From the NCBI GenBank assembly GCA_963769435.1, contig CAVYLN010000002.1, positions 1,201,109-1,265,108 of the forward strand: a stretch of DNA of 64,000 nucleotides, written 5' to 3'. The stretch's first letter is position 1; every line of letters starts with the position of its first letter. Source of the DNA: an uncultured Actinomycetota bacterium (lineage in GTDB: Bacteria > Actinomycetota > Actinomycetes > S36-B12 > UBA10799). The notes beneath the pieces are model-generated. The model had not been told where the DNA came from, did no database searches, and worked only from the letters and a program-made list of their open reading frames with translations. The position numbers and the translations under genes were made by a program. Below, one piece after another: positions 32,238-41,586 of the stretch.

Positions 32238-33743
32238 ATGAGACGGCCCCAACGCACCGCCCTCGGAATCCTCGCTGCAACCGGGGTGGCCCTCGGCCTG
32301 GCATCAGCACCCTCATCCGCGGGCGTGCCGCAGGAGGTGTCCGCCCGGGCGGCGGTGGCCAGCAGTTCGAAGCCGTTGGTCTACATCTTCGTGCTCGACG
32401 GTCTCGACGGCGACCAGTACGACAAGGGGCGACTGCCGTTCGTAGAGAGCATCGTGAACAAGCGCGGCACGTACTACCAGGAGTCCCGGTCGATCATGGT
32501 CGCCGAGACCAACCCCAACCACACCGCGATGATCACCGGTGCCTACGGCGACACGTCCGGGATCCCGGCCAACGGTTTCGCCCTCTACGGCAACGGGGCC
32601 TCGTCGGTGGATGGCTGCCCACTGACCACCCGCGGCGACGGACCGACGAAGGCCGGACTGGCCCCCGGGTGTGTGCAGGCGCAGACCTTCTTCCAGAGCA
32701 CGGCGACGAAGTCGGTCCGCAACCGGATCACGTCGGCGGCCATCATGGGCAAGCCGAAACTCGCCACCCTCTACTCCGCGAAACGGTCGAAGAAGAAGTA
32801 CGCCGCCGACTACCTGTGGACCCCGTGCACGACCTCGTCGAAGCCGGACTACTGCGGGAAGGCCCCGACCAACAGCTCCGGCTACGCCGACGACAAGCAC
32901 ACCATGGACACGGTTCTGAAGACCGTCCGCAACGGCGTGAAGGCCGAGGGCGGCAAGCGCAAGAAGCCGAACCTGACGTTCGTCAACATGCCCTCCCTGG
33001 ACAGCACGGGGCATGCCTACGGGGTCGGCAAGAAGTACCGGAAAGCGGCCAAGGCCGCGGACAAACAGATCCAGCGGTTCGTGAAGCAGCAGAAGAAACT
33101 CGGACTGTGGTCGCGCACGGTGATGTTCGTGCTCTCCGACCACTCGATGGCCACGACCGGCCGGAAGACCTCGTTGACCGAGCAGTTCATCGCCGCGGGG
33201 ATTCCGAAGGAGTCCTTCGTGGTGGTGCCCAACGGCGGCACCGATCTGGTCTATCTCACCGATCGCACCTCACCGGAACGGTTCGACCTGTTGCGCCGGA
33301 TGCGGGCGGCGGCGCTGGCTGACACCGCCACCACCGGCATCGACGAGGCTCTCTACCGGGAGGCGAACCCGCTCGACGCAGACGACACCTACACCCTCGA
33401 CGGGGTCCACCCGGACTGGCACCTGGCCGGGCCGCGCACCGGTGACCTGGTCGTCACGCAATGGCCAGGTGGAGCCTTCACCGACCCGGTCAACCCGACC
33501 GCGGGCGGCCACGGCGCTCCCGACACCACGGACAACTTCTTCGCGATCACCGGCGGCTGGAAGGGCCTGGTCAAGAACGGGGCGATCGCGGGGCAGGCCG
33601 GTCCACGGTTCGACGACACGGCACTGAACCCCGGCCAGGCGGAGAACGTCGATGTCGCGCCCACCGCGATGCGACTGCTGGGCCTCGAACCACCCCGTGA
33701 CAACCGCGGCCGGGACCTCGCCGAGGCGTTCAAAGGCTGGTAG
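32238..33743 (+). CDS. Secreted alkaline phosphatase superfamily protein (nucleotide pyrophosphatase/phosphodiesterase type)
   Basis: Signal peptide; metal/nucleophile motifs FVLDGLDG, TNPNHTAMITG, DSTGHAYG, LSDHSM, GGHG. Confidence 0.85.
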   Translation: MRRPQRTALGILAATGVALGLASAPSSAGVPQEVSARAAVASSSKPLVYIFVLDGLDGDQYDKGRLPFVESIVNKRGTYYQESRSIMVAETNPNHTAMITGAYGDTSGIPANGFALYGNGASSVDGCPLTTRGDGPTKAGLAPGCVQAQTFFQSTATKSVRNRITSAAIMGKPKLATLYSAKRSKKKYAADYLWTPCTTSSKPDYCGKAPTNSSGYADDKHTMDTVLKTVRNGVKAEGGKRKKPNLTFVNMPSLDSTGHAYGVGKKYRKAAKAADKQIQRFVKQQKKLGLWSRTVMFVLSDHSMATTGRKTSLTEQFIAAGIPKESFVVVPNGGTDLVYLTDRTSPERFDLLRRMRAAALADTATTGIDEALYREANPLDADDTYTLDGVHPDWHLAGPRTGDLVVTQWPGGAFTDPVNPTAGGHGAPDTTDNFFAITGGWKGLVKNGAIAGQAGPRFDDTALNPGQAENVDVAPTAMRLLGLEPPRDNRGRDLAEAFKGW

Positions 33744-33857
33744 GCGCCGCAGTCCGCCCAGTGAGCCCCGGTCGGTGGCGCGCAGGAGTAGCCATCCGGG
33801 TCACGACACGCACGCAGCCGCGACCCGGATCAAGCTCTGGGGGTTGATACTCAGGGA

Positions 33858-34868
33858 ATGTTCTCAGGCCTGTCCGACCGCGTACTACCCGACAACCAAC
33901 GTCGCACCCTCGACGAACTGACCGAGGATCTCGACCTCACCTACGGCGACTCTCGCGCCAAGAAATCCGCGTTCTGGACGATGCTGACCCTCTCGGCCTT
34001 CATCGCCACTGCGGGTGTGCTCTCCGACTCGACGGCCACCGTGATCGGCGCCATGATCATCGCCCCCTTGTCCACACCGATCATGGGCATGGCCCTGGCC
34101 ATCGCCAAGCGCGAGCCCGGCGGGCTTCGGCGGGCCGGTTCGTTCGTCCTCTTCGGGGCGATCCTGGTCGTGGCGATCGGTGCACTCTTCACACTCGTGA
34201 TCCCTGGCTCCTACGACCTGCTGGAGAACCCGCAGATCTCCGGGCGCACGTCGCCCGGGCTGCTCGACCTGATCGCCGCGGTCGCGACGGGTTTCGCCGG
34301 AGCAGTGGCAATGGCCCGCCGCGACGTCGCAGCCGTGCTCCCCGGTGTGGCCATCGCCATCTCGCTGGTCCCGCCGCTGGCCGTGGTGGGCGTGTGCCTG
34401 GGCGAAGGTGCGTATGCACTTGCCTCGGGGGCCGCGGTCCTGTTCCTGTCCAACATCCTGGCCCTGGTGCTCGCCGGCACCCTGGTGTACACCGTGCTGG
34501 GATACACGGGCGCCGTGGACGACCGCGCGCGGGTGTCACGACGCAAGGCGTACCTGACACTGAGCCTGCTGTTCGTCGTGATCCTGGTGCCGATCGCCGG
34601 CAACACGGCGGCGACGTATCTCATCTCGCTGTGGACGACCAGGGTGCAGACCACCGCCGACCAGTGGATCTCGACGGTTCCGGGGGCCAGTATCGACAGC
34701 GTCGACGTCTTGTCCAGCGACGTCTACGTGCGTGTGCAGACGCCCAGCGACATCCCGCCGGTCGAGGATCTCATGAACAGCCTCCAGGGGCAGATCCCGG
34801 ACGGGATACCGGTGGTCGTCACGACCCAGTTGGGTCAGGAGATCGAAGCCGGGACGGTCGGCCAGTAG
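33858..34868 (+). CDS. DUF389 domain-containing membrane protein
   Basis: IGAMIIAPLSTPIMGMALAI and multiple TM segments typical of DUF389/TIGR00271. Confidence 0.75.
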   Translation: MFSGLSDRVLPDNQRRTLDELTEDLDLTYGDSRAKKSAFWTMLTLSAFIATAGVLSDSTATVIGAMIIAPLSTPIMGMALAIAKREPGGLRRAGSFVLFGAILVVAIGALFTLVIPGSYDLLENPQISGRTSPGLLDLIAAVATGFAGAVAMARRDVAAVLPGVAIAISLVPPLAVVGVCLGEGAYALASGAAVLFLSNILALVLAGTLVYTVLGYTGAVDDRARVSRRKAYLTLSLLFVVILVPIAGNTAATYLISLWTTRVQTTADQWISTVPGASIDSVDVLSSDVYVRVQTPSDIPPVEDLMNSLQGQIPDGIPVVVTTQLGQEIEAGTVGQ

Positions 34869-34986
34869 CCACTTGGGCGCCGGATGAACCCGGTGCCGGG
34901 CGTATCCTGGAAGTGCACACCTGGCGGCCGGACAGTCACGGCCAGGTTGATGTCACCGGACCGCGAGGTCAGTGCGGGGAGGCATC

Positions 34987-36171
34987 ATGCGATTCCATTC
35001 GACGTTGGGTGTCATGGCGGCAGTGGGGCTTCTGGCAGCGACTCCAGCCGCCGCCTCGGATGCCGGACCAGCCCACACGCTGGCTGACCCGGTGACGGTG
35101 TCCGTGAGTCCTACGGGCCTCGAGGCGATCGCCGCCGTTTCGCGCACCGGCCGTTTCGTGGTGGGTTCCCGGACCTTCTACGGTCGTGCCGCGTTGTGGG
35201 ATCTCCGACGCGACGAACGGGTCAAACTGCTCCCGCGCAAGGCCGTCCGGCCGTCGCTGAGTGACGACGGGCGGTATGTCTCCTACGCGCTGCCTGTGGG
35301 GGACTGGGGTCGGCGCAAGGTCATGGTCTTCGACCGCAAGACCGAGCGCACACGCAACGTCACACGCAAATCCTCCGGCGCACTTCTGCGTCCGTCCTGG
35401 CGCAACCGGTGTACGCAGGCGAAATGTGAGGAGGACCAGAAACTCCGGGATGCACCACAGTTGGCCGGTGGCCAGATCTCCGGCAACGGGAAGTGGGTGG
35501 CTTTCTGCGCCAACTTCGGCAAGCCGTCCCGGATCGACCTGTACGTCAAGAACCTGCGAACCCAACGACTGCGGAGGTTCAAGGCAGCGTGCCGGCCCGA
35601 GATCGAGAACGGGGACTCGCACATCGTCCGGGCCCCGAGTGTCTCGGCCACGGCCCGCACGATCCTGCTGCAGGGGCGACTGGAGTCCTCCGAGGCCGGC
35701 TTCACGTGGGCACCGGGACGGGCGCTGTTCGACCGTGAGGAACTCGAGGAGATCGGAGGGGTCGGCAACACCATGACCCGCGACGGCCGGACGGTGAGCA
35801 TCAACGGCGCCTTCTCCGGATCGGGCTACCCCAGCGGCGTCCAGTGGTACGACGTGAGCAGCGGACTCACCGTCCCATCCGACCCGGCGGGGATGAAACT
35901 GACGATGGGCAACTCGTCGCGGGACGGTCGGTACGTGCTGTGGCGCTCCCCGGACGGTTGGCAACTGGAGATCCGGGACCGGATGACCGGCGTGGACTAC
36001 GACCTCCAGGGCGCGCTGGCGGCCGCTGGGTTCACACCCGACACCCGTGCCGGGTCGCCCGAGGACCTGTGGGGAAATCCCAACCCCGCGTCGGCGATGA
36101 GCGGTGACGGCGCGGTCACCTTCGTGAAGACGACGACGGAGGAGATCGTGGCGGTGCGCTGGGCGCCGTGA
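34987..36171 (+). CDS. Secreted protein with PD40/TolB-like beta-propeller repeats
   Basis: Signal peptide MRFHSTLGVMAAVGLLAATPAAASD. Recurrent SxDGRYV-type blades (SDDGRYVSY, ISGNGKWVAF, TRDGRTVSI, SRDGRYVLW, MSGDGAVTF). Confidence 0.65.
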   Translation: MRFHSTLGVMAAVGLLAATPAAASDAGPAHTLADPVTVSVSPTGLEAIAAVSRTGRFVVGSRTFYGRAALWDLRRDERVKLLPRKAVRPSLSDDGRYVSYALPVGDWGRRKVMVFDRKTERTRNVTRKSSGALLRPSWRNRCTQAKCEEDQKLRDAPQLAGGQISGNGKWVAFCANFGKPSRIDLYVKNLRTQRLRRFKAACRPEIENGDSHIVRAPSVSATARTILLQGRLESSEAGFTWAPGRALFDREELEEIGGVGNTMTRDGRTVSINGAFSGSGYPSGVQWYDVSSGLTVPSDPAGMKLTMGNSSRDGRYVLWRSPDGWQLEIRDRMTGVDYDLQGALAAAGFTPDTRAGSPEDLWGNPNPASAMSGDGAVTFVKTTTEEIVAVRWAP

Positions 36172-36174
36172 GGG

Positions 36175-36954
36175 TCAGCCCACGAACTCCACAATGGCGT
36201 CCGCGAGGCCGGTCGCGTGGACCTTCTGCGGGTTGTGCCCGCCGTCGACGAACTCCAGGCGTGGGCCCGCCGGCACCGCATCGGCAAGCTGTCCGAAGGT
36301 GCTCGCCGAGATGATCGGGTCGTCCATCGACCAGGCCACCATGGTCGGCGCGCGCATCGCGGCCAAGTTGCTGCGGTGATCACTGAAGTTGAAGGCCGCT
36401 GCGTCCAGCAACGCGAAGGTCCGCTCGTCGTCACTGAGGTAGCCGGGGAAACCCTGCGCGGCGTAGAGGCGCCGGACCACCGGGGTGAGAACACCACGAA
36501 CCGGCGGCACCTGCAGAAGATGGGCCAGGACCTGCAGGGGCGCTCTGCTGAAGTGCGGCCGTGGCCCGTTCGATGACACCATCACGCACGCCGTGACCAG
36601 ATCGGGGTGATGGGCCGCGAGGTGGGCGACGACGGCACCGCCTGCGGAGTGGCCCACAAGTACTGCGGGCGCGACGTCGAGGCTTTCGATCACGACACGC
36701 ACCGCCGCCGCGCGTTCGGCCGTCGACATCCCGGACCAGCCCGCGCGCGGGGACGCACCATATCCGGGCGGATCGATCCTGATCACGCGGCACCGACCAG
36801 CCAGCGCCGGGGCGAGCCATCGGAAGTCACGGCTGCTGCCGGGAAGCCCCGGCACCGCCACCACGGTGAACGCGCCAGCGCCCTCGTCGGTGTAGGCCAG
36901 GTCGGCGTCCACGAACTGTGCCGGCGGGTCGCTGGGCTGGAGGACTGCTGACAT
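36175..36954 (-). CDS. Alpha/beta hydrolase
   Basis: Start MSAVLQPSD at 36954. Nucleophile elbow GHSAGG; C-terminal GGHNPQ. Confidence 0.8.
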   Translation of the reverse strand: MSAVLQPSDPPAQFVDADLAYTDEGAGAFTVVAVPGLPGSSRDFRWLAPALAGRCRVIRIDPPGYGASPRAGWSGMSTAERAAAVRVVIESLDVAPAVLVGHSAGGAVVAHLAAHHPDLVTACVMVSSNGPRPHFSRAPLQVLAHLLQVPPVRGVLTPVVRRLYAAQGFPGYLSDDERTFALLDAAAFNFSDHRSNLAAMRAPTMVAWSMDDPIISASTFGQLADAVPAGPRLEFVDGGHNPQKVHATGLADAIVEFVG

Positions 36955-37114
36955 GGATGCAGAATATGACTTCTGACCGACTCGAAACCGGCCACCCCGC
37001 TGGTGACGCACGGTGACCGGTTCGCCGGGCATCTCCGGCGCGTGGACGACCGCGCCGTGCAGGTGGGTCCGCTCACCCGCCGACCGCATCATTCGCGGGG
37101 CTAGGGTTCTGCGC

Positions 37115-37273
37115 GTGGACATCCTGATCCTGTGCCTGCTGCTCGCGACGGTCGTGCTCGTGCTGCGCGGGGCACGACGGGGGTGGATCCTCGGGATCTG
37201 GTTCCTCACGCTGGTGCTGATGCTCGGGCTCTTCCGCTATCACGTCACGTCACCGCTGGACCTGAGTTTCTGA
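37115..37273 (+). CDS. Small membrane protein (DUF5993-like), translationally coupled to the DsbB-like gene
   Basis: GTG at 37115. VDILILCLLLATVVLVLRGARRGWILGIWFLTLVLMLGLFRYH has 2 TM helices. TGATG stop/start overlap at 37271..37275. Confidence 0.55.
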   Translation: MDILILCLLLATVVLVLRGARRGWILGIWFLTLVLMLGLFRYHVTSPLDLSF

Positions 37274-37890
37274 TGAGCACAACGAGCGCCGCCCAGCAGA
37301 CGTCGATCTGGTCGAAACTGATGTTCTGGGCACTGCACGGATGGGTGTTCGCCTACTGCACGGTCCTGCTCGGGGCCTTCACCATCCAGTTCGTGGCAGG
37401 CGAGTTCCCCTGTCCGCTGTGCATGCTGCAGCGCTACGGCATGATCCTCAGTTCGATCGGCGCGTTGTGGATCATCATGCAGGCACGCCGTGGGGAACTC
37501 ACGGCAACCCGCTACGCGCAGGGACTCGGGATGGGGGTGCTGGCGGCGGCGGCGGGCGCGTCGGTGTCGATCCGGCAGATTCTGCTGCACATCACGCCCG
37601 ATGACCCCGGCTACGGCGAACCCGTGCTCGGCCTGCATCTGTACTCCTGGGCATTCATCACCTTCGCGGTCGTGATGGTGTTCGTGGGAGCTGCTCTCAT
37701 GCTGACTCCCCGCGGCATCCCCGTTGCCCCCGCCGACGGACCGGGCAGACTGATCTCCAACCTCGTGATCGGACTGTTCGTGGTGCTCATCGCCGCCAAC
37801 GTGATCGCGATCATCTTCCTCGAGGGCTTCGCGTGGGTGCTTCCGGACAACCCGACCAGCTACAACCTGATCGACCAGTTGGGCGGCTGA
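37273..37890 (+). CDS. DsbB-family disulfide bond formation protein-like membrane protein
   Basis: 4 TM segments; CxxC in the first loop (EFPCPLCMLQRYG). Only three Cys residues in total (see finding). Confidence 0.7.
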   Translation: MSTTSAAQQTSIWSKLMFWALHGWVFAYCTVLLGAFTIQFVAGEFPCPLCMLQRYGMILSSIGALWIIMQARRGELTATRYAQGLGMGVLAAAAGASVSIRQILLHITPDDPGYGEPVLGLHLYSWAFITFAVVMVFVGAALMLTPRGIPVAPADGPGRLISNLVIGLFVVLIAANVIAIIFLEGFAWVLPDNPTSYNLIDQLGG

Positions 37891-37966
37891 CTCAGGACCG
37901 AGTGCCCGTCCCCGCGCGGCCTGCTTGAACGAACGTGCCCGCCGGCCCCGGCGTTACGGTGGAGCC

Positions 37967-39197
37967 ATGAGTCGGGTCGTGGTGCTGGGCGGGTGTGGCG
38001 GGATCGGCAGTGTCGCCGTGCGGACGTTGGCGGCCGCGGACGGCGTCGACGAGATCGTGATCGCCGACCTCCGCGGTGACGACGCAGCCGGTGCCGCAGC
38101 CACCTTCGACCGCCCCGGAGTCACTGGTGTGGCCGTCGACGCGACCTCCCCGGAGTCCCTGCGCGGTGTGCTCGACGGTGCAGATGTCGTCGTCAACTGC
38201 ATCGGGCCCTTCTACCGGTTCGGGCCGCCGGTCCTGCAGGCCGCCATCGACGCGGGCATCGACTACGTCGACGTGTGCGACGACCTGGCACCCACGCGGG
38301 TGATGCTCGAGATGGACGAGGCCGCCGAGGACGGCCGGGGTCACTGCTCTGCTGGGGATGGGCAACTCACCGGGCATCGCGAACGTCATCGTCCGCCTGT
38401 GTGCCGATCAACTGCTCGACCAGGTCGAGACCGTCAACATCATGCACGTGCACGGGGGAGAGCCCGATGAGGGCGCCGCCGTGATCAAGCACCGCATCCA
38501 TGCGATGGTCAACCCGGTGCCGCTGTTCGTGGACGGCGAGTTCATCGAGGTCAGACAACTCGATGAGGACGGTCAGGCGTTCGTGCGCGAGTTCGACTTC
38601 CGCGACGTCGGCACCATGCCGGTGTATCCCTACCCCCACCCGGAGACGATCACCCTGCCGCGCTATCTGCCCGGCCTGCGGCGGGCCACCAACATGGGCG
38701 TGATCTTCCCTCTGGACTACTTCCGCCGCACCCAGGACATGGTGCGGGTGGGGGCATGCTCGCAGGACCCACTGGAGGTCGGCGACCAGAACGTGGTACC
38801 GCTCGACGTGGCCGTGGGGCTGATCCAGCGCCAGCGCCCCGCCTTCCTTGAGGCCGCGGGGGTGACCGGGCCGGCCGGTTGTCTGGCCGTTGAGGTGGGC
38901 GGCGTGAAGGACGGGGAGCAGCACCAGTACGTCTTCCAGTTGTCGTCGACGTCGGCCGGCGCGGGCGAGGGGACGGGTATCCCGGCGGCGGTCGGCGCCC
39001 TGCTAATGCTGCGCGGCGAGGTCTCCGGGCCCGGGGTGCTACCGCCCGAGGCCGCGGTCGATCCGAATACGTTCCTGGCCCTTGCCTTCGATTCCATGGA
39101 CCGGCTTGGAGTACGCACCGGGGGTGAGAGCGGAGCCGTGCACGTGGCACACATCGGCCCCGACGGCACTGTCACTGAGATCCCGTTGGGGACGTGA
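37967..39197 (+). pseudogene. Saccharopine dehydrogenase NADP-binding domain protein with one frameshift near 38333 (or assembly indel)
   Basis: Rossmann N-terminus MSRVVVLGGCGGIGS...NCIGPFYRFG...EMDEAAED is in frame 1. AGVTALLGMGNSPGIANV... continues in frame 2 (ORF 38358..39197). Confidence 0.8.
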
Positions 39198-39279
39198 CGG
39201 CGCTACGTGCCCTGAGCGCCCGTTCGCAGACGCAAGCAGGGGCCGCCCGCGCGGACGACCCCTTGCTGCGATGAGCGGA

Positions 39280-40005
39280 CTACTTGCCGATGGCCGCGAA
39301 CACTTCGGCCTCGCTGACCTCCTTCGTGCAGAAGAACCAGTCCTCGCACGTGACGCCTTCTTCCTTGCCCTCGACCCGGTCCTGCGCGGTACCGCAGGAG
39401 CCCGCCGGCGGGACGATGACGGGCTCGCCCGGACGCCAGTCGGCCGGGGTGGCCACCGAGAGCGCGTCGGCGGCCTGCAGCGCAACGATCACACGCTTGA
39501 GCTCGTCGAAGTTGCGGCCCAGGCTCAGCGGGTAGTAGATGATCGTGCGGATGACGCCCTTGGGGTCGATCACGAACACCGCGCGTACGGCCTTCGTGCT
39601 GTCCTCACCGGGCATGATCATGCCGTACTTGCCCGCGACCTCCATGGTGATGTCCTCGATCAGCGGGAACTTCACCTCGACATCCTTCATGTCGCGGAAC
39701 GCGATCTTCTCCTTGATCGTCCGCAGCCAGGCGATGTGGCTGTACAGGCCGTCGATCGACAGTCCCACCAGTTTCGTGTTCAGTTCCGCGAACTCGTCCT
39801 CCATCGACGCGAAGGTCATGAACTCGGTGGTACACACCGGCGTGAAGTCGGCCGGGTGGCTGAAGAAGATCACCCAGTTGCCCTTGAAGTCTCCCGGGAA
39901 ATTGATCTCCCCCTGCGTGGTCGTCGCCGTGAATGCCGGCGCCGGGTCCCCGATACGCGGCATCCCCGCCGTCGTTGTGGTTTCGGCCAACGAATCCGTT
40001 GTCAT
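39280..40005 (-). CDS. Peroxiredoxin (Prx6/1-Cys type with Cys-containing C-terminal extension)
   Basis: Start MTTDSLAETT at 40005. Peroxidatic motif FSHPADFTPVCTTE. C-terminal GSCGTAQ...VTCEDWFFC. Confidence 0.9.
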   Translation of the reverse strand: MTTDSLAETTTTAGMPRIGDPAPAFTATTTQGEINFPGDFKGNWVIFFSHPADFTPVCTTEFMTFASMEDEFAELNTKLVGLSIDGLYSHIAWLRTIKEKIAFRDMKDVEVKFPLIEDITMEVAGKYGMIMPGEDSTKAVRAVFVIDPKGVIRTIIYYPLSLGRNFDELKRVIVALQAADALSVATPADWRPGEPVIVPPAGSCGTAQDRVEGKEEGVTCEDWFFCTKEVSEAEVFAAIGK

Positions 40006-40439
40006 GTTCCCTCTCCCTTGTTTGTTGAATCCTTCTGACATTCCTGGCATGTCCCCCAGAAGACGATCTCGGCCTCGATGTCGGAGAAACCGAGTTGTTC
40101 GGGTGGGGTCAGGCACGAGTCGATCCCGTGATCGCAGGGCAGATCCACCACGCGCAAGCACTGGCGACACCGCAGGTGATGGTGGGGGCCGTCGGCGGCG
40201 AGTTCGTAGAGCGCGGGGCCTGCACCGACGTCGATACGCTGCACCATTCCCGCCCCGACGAGGTCGTTGACGACGTTGTAGATCCCCTGCGTGGACACCA
40301 CTCCGGCGCGATCACGCACTGCGCGGGCGACCGTGTCCGCCGAGACATGCCGGGCGTCGGCGAGCACCTGCAGAACGGCGACCCGCTGAGCGGTGACACG
40401 CAGTCCGCGGTGTCGCAATTCCGCTTCCGCATTCAGCAT
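40002..40439 (-). CDS. Fur family transcriptional regulator (PerR/FurA-like)
   Basis: Start MLNAEAELRHRGLRVTAQR at 40439. HHHLRCRQC and WGTCQEC Zn-site CxxC pairs. ATGA overlap with the peroxiredoxin start. Confidence 0.85.
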   Translation of the reverse strand: MLNAEAELRHRGLRVTAQRVAVLQVLADARHVSADTVARAVRDRAGVVSTQGIYNVVNDLVGAGMVQRIDVGAGPALYELAADGPHHHLRCRQCLRVVDLPCDHGIDSCLTPPEQLGFSDIEAEIVFWGTCQECQKDSTNKGEGT

Positions 40440-40451
40440 GTTTCGAGTATA

Positions 40452-40463
40452 TCCAATATTGGA
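40452..40463. promoter_or_regulatory. Perfect 12-bp palindrome TCCAATATTGGA, candidate Fur/PerR box
   Basis: AT-rich palindrome 13 nt upstream of the Fur-family start, in the divergent region shared with the MaoC gene. Confidence 0.6.
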
Positions 40464-40539
40464 ATCACTCAACTCTCGGGCTCCCCCGGCCTCAACCCAG
40501 GGGCAGGACGTGCACCTCCTGCACGGTAGTTTCGGGGGT

Positions 40540-41574
40540 ATGAGCAAAACGAATCCCGGCAACTTCTTCGAGGACTTCACCGTCGGCCAGGTGATCGAGC
40601 ACGCCACCCCACGCACGGTGACCGAGGGCGACCGCGCCGTCTACGGCTCCCTGTACCCGACACGTTTCGCCATCCCGTCCTCCGCGGCGTTCGCCGCCTC
40701 CGTGGGCCTGGAGCCGCACCCGGTTGAGGAGCTCATCGGCTTCCACATCGCCTTCGGCAAGACGGTCCCGGACATCTCACTGAACGCGGTCGCCAACCTG
40801 GGCTACGCGGAGTGCCGCTTCCACGCACCCGTCGTGCCGGGCGACACTTTGCGCACCCGTTCCACGGTGATCGGTCTGAAGCAGAACTCCAACGGCAAGA
40901 GCGGCGTCGTGTACGTCCGGTCGGTGGCTACGAACCAGCGTGATGAGGTCGCCATCGAGTGGGCCCGGTGGGTCATGGTGCACAAGCGCGACCTCGAGGC
41001 GCCGGCGCCCGAGACGCTGATCCCGGACCTGGCGAAGGTCGTCGACCCCGCCGATCTCGTGATCCCCGCAGGCCTGGACTTCACGGCCTACGACGCCGTG
41101 GCGGCCGGCGAACCGCATCGCTTCGGCGACTACGAGGTGGGCGAGAAGATCGACCACGTCGACGGCGTGACCCTGACCGATCCCGAGCACATGCTCGCCA
41201 CCCGGTTGTGGCAGAACACCGCGAAGGTGCACTTCAACACGCAGGCCCGCCCCGACGGCAAGCGCCTGGTCTACGGCGGACACATCATCTCGATGGCGCG
41301 GGCACTGTCGTTCAACGGCCTTGCCAACGCACAACTCATCAGTGCGATCAACGCCGGCGCGCACGCGTCTCCGGCCTTCGCCGGCGACACGGTGTACGCC
41401 TGGTCGGAGGTGCTCGACAAGGCCGAGACCTCGGCGCCCGGGGTGGGTGCGCTCCGCCTGCGCCTGGTGGGCACGAAGGACCGCGACGAGTCGATGACTC
41501 TGCGCGGCGAGGACGGCAAGTACGCCCCCGGCGTGCTGCTCGATCTGGACGTGTGGGCGCTGGTCCCGCGCTGA
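40540..41574 (+). CDS. MaoC family (double hot-dog) dehydratase
   Basis: ATG at 40540. 344 aa. MSKTNPGNFFEDFTVGQVIEH... with two hot-dog halves, resembling 2-methylfumaryl-CoA hydratase-like proteins. Confidence 0.75.
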   Translation: MSKTNPGNFFEDFTVGQVIEHATPRTVTEGDRAVYGSLYPTRFAIPSSAAFAASVGLEPHPVEELIGFHIAFGKTVPDISLNAVANLGYAECRFHAPVVPGDTLRTRSTVIGLKQNSNGKSGVVYVRSVATNQRDEVAIEWARWVMVHKRDLEAPAPETLIPDLAKVVDPADLVIPAGLDFTAYDAVAAGEPHRFGDYEVGEKIDHVDGVTLTDPEHMLATRLWQNTAKVHFNTQARPDGKRLVYGGHIISMARALSFNGLANAQLISAINAGAHASPAFAGDTVYAWSEVLDKAETSAPGVGALRLRLVGTKDRDESMTLRGEDGKYAPGVLLDLDVWALVPR

Positions 41575-41586
41575 CGCCTGGCGAGG

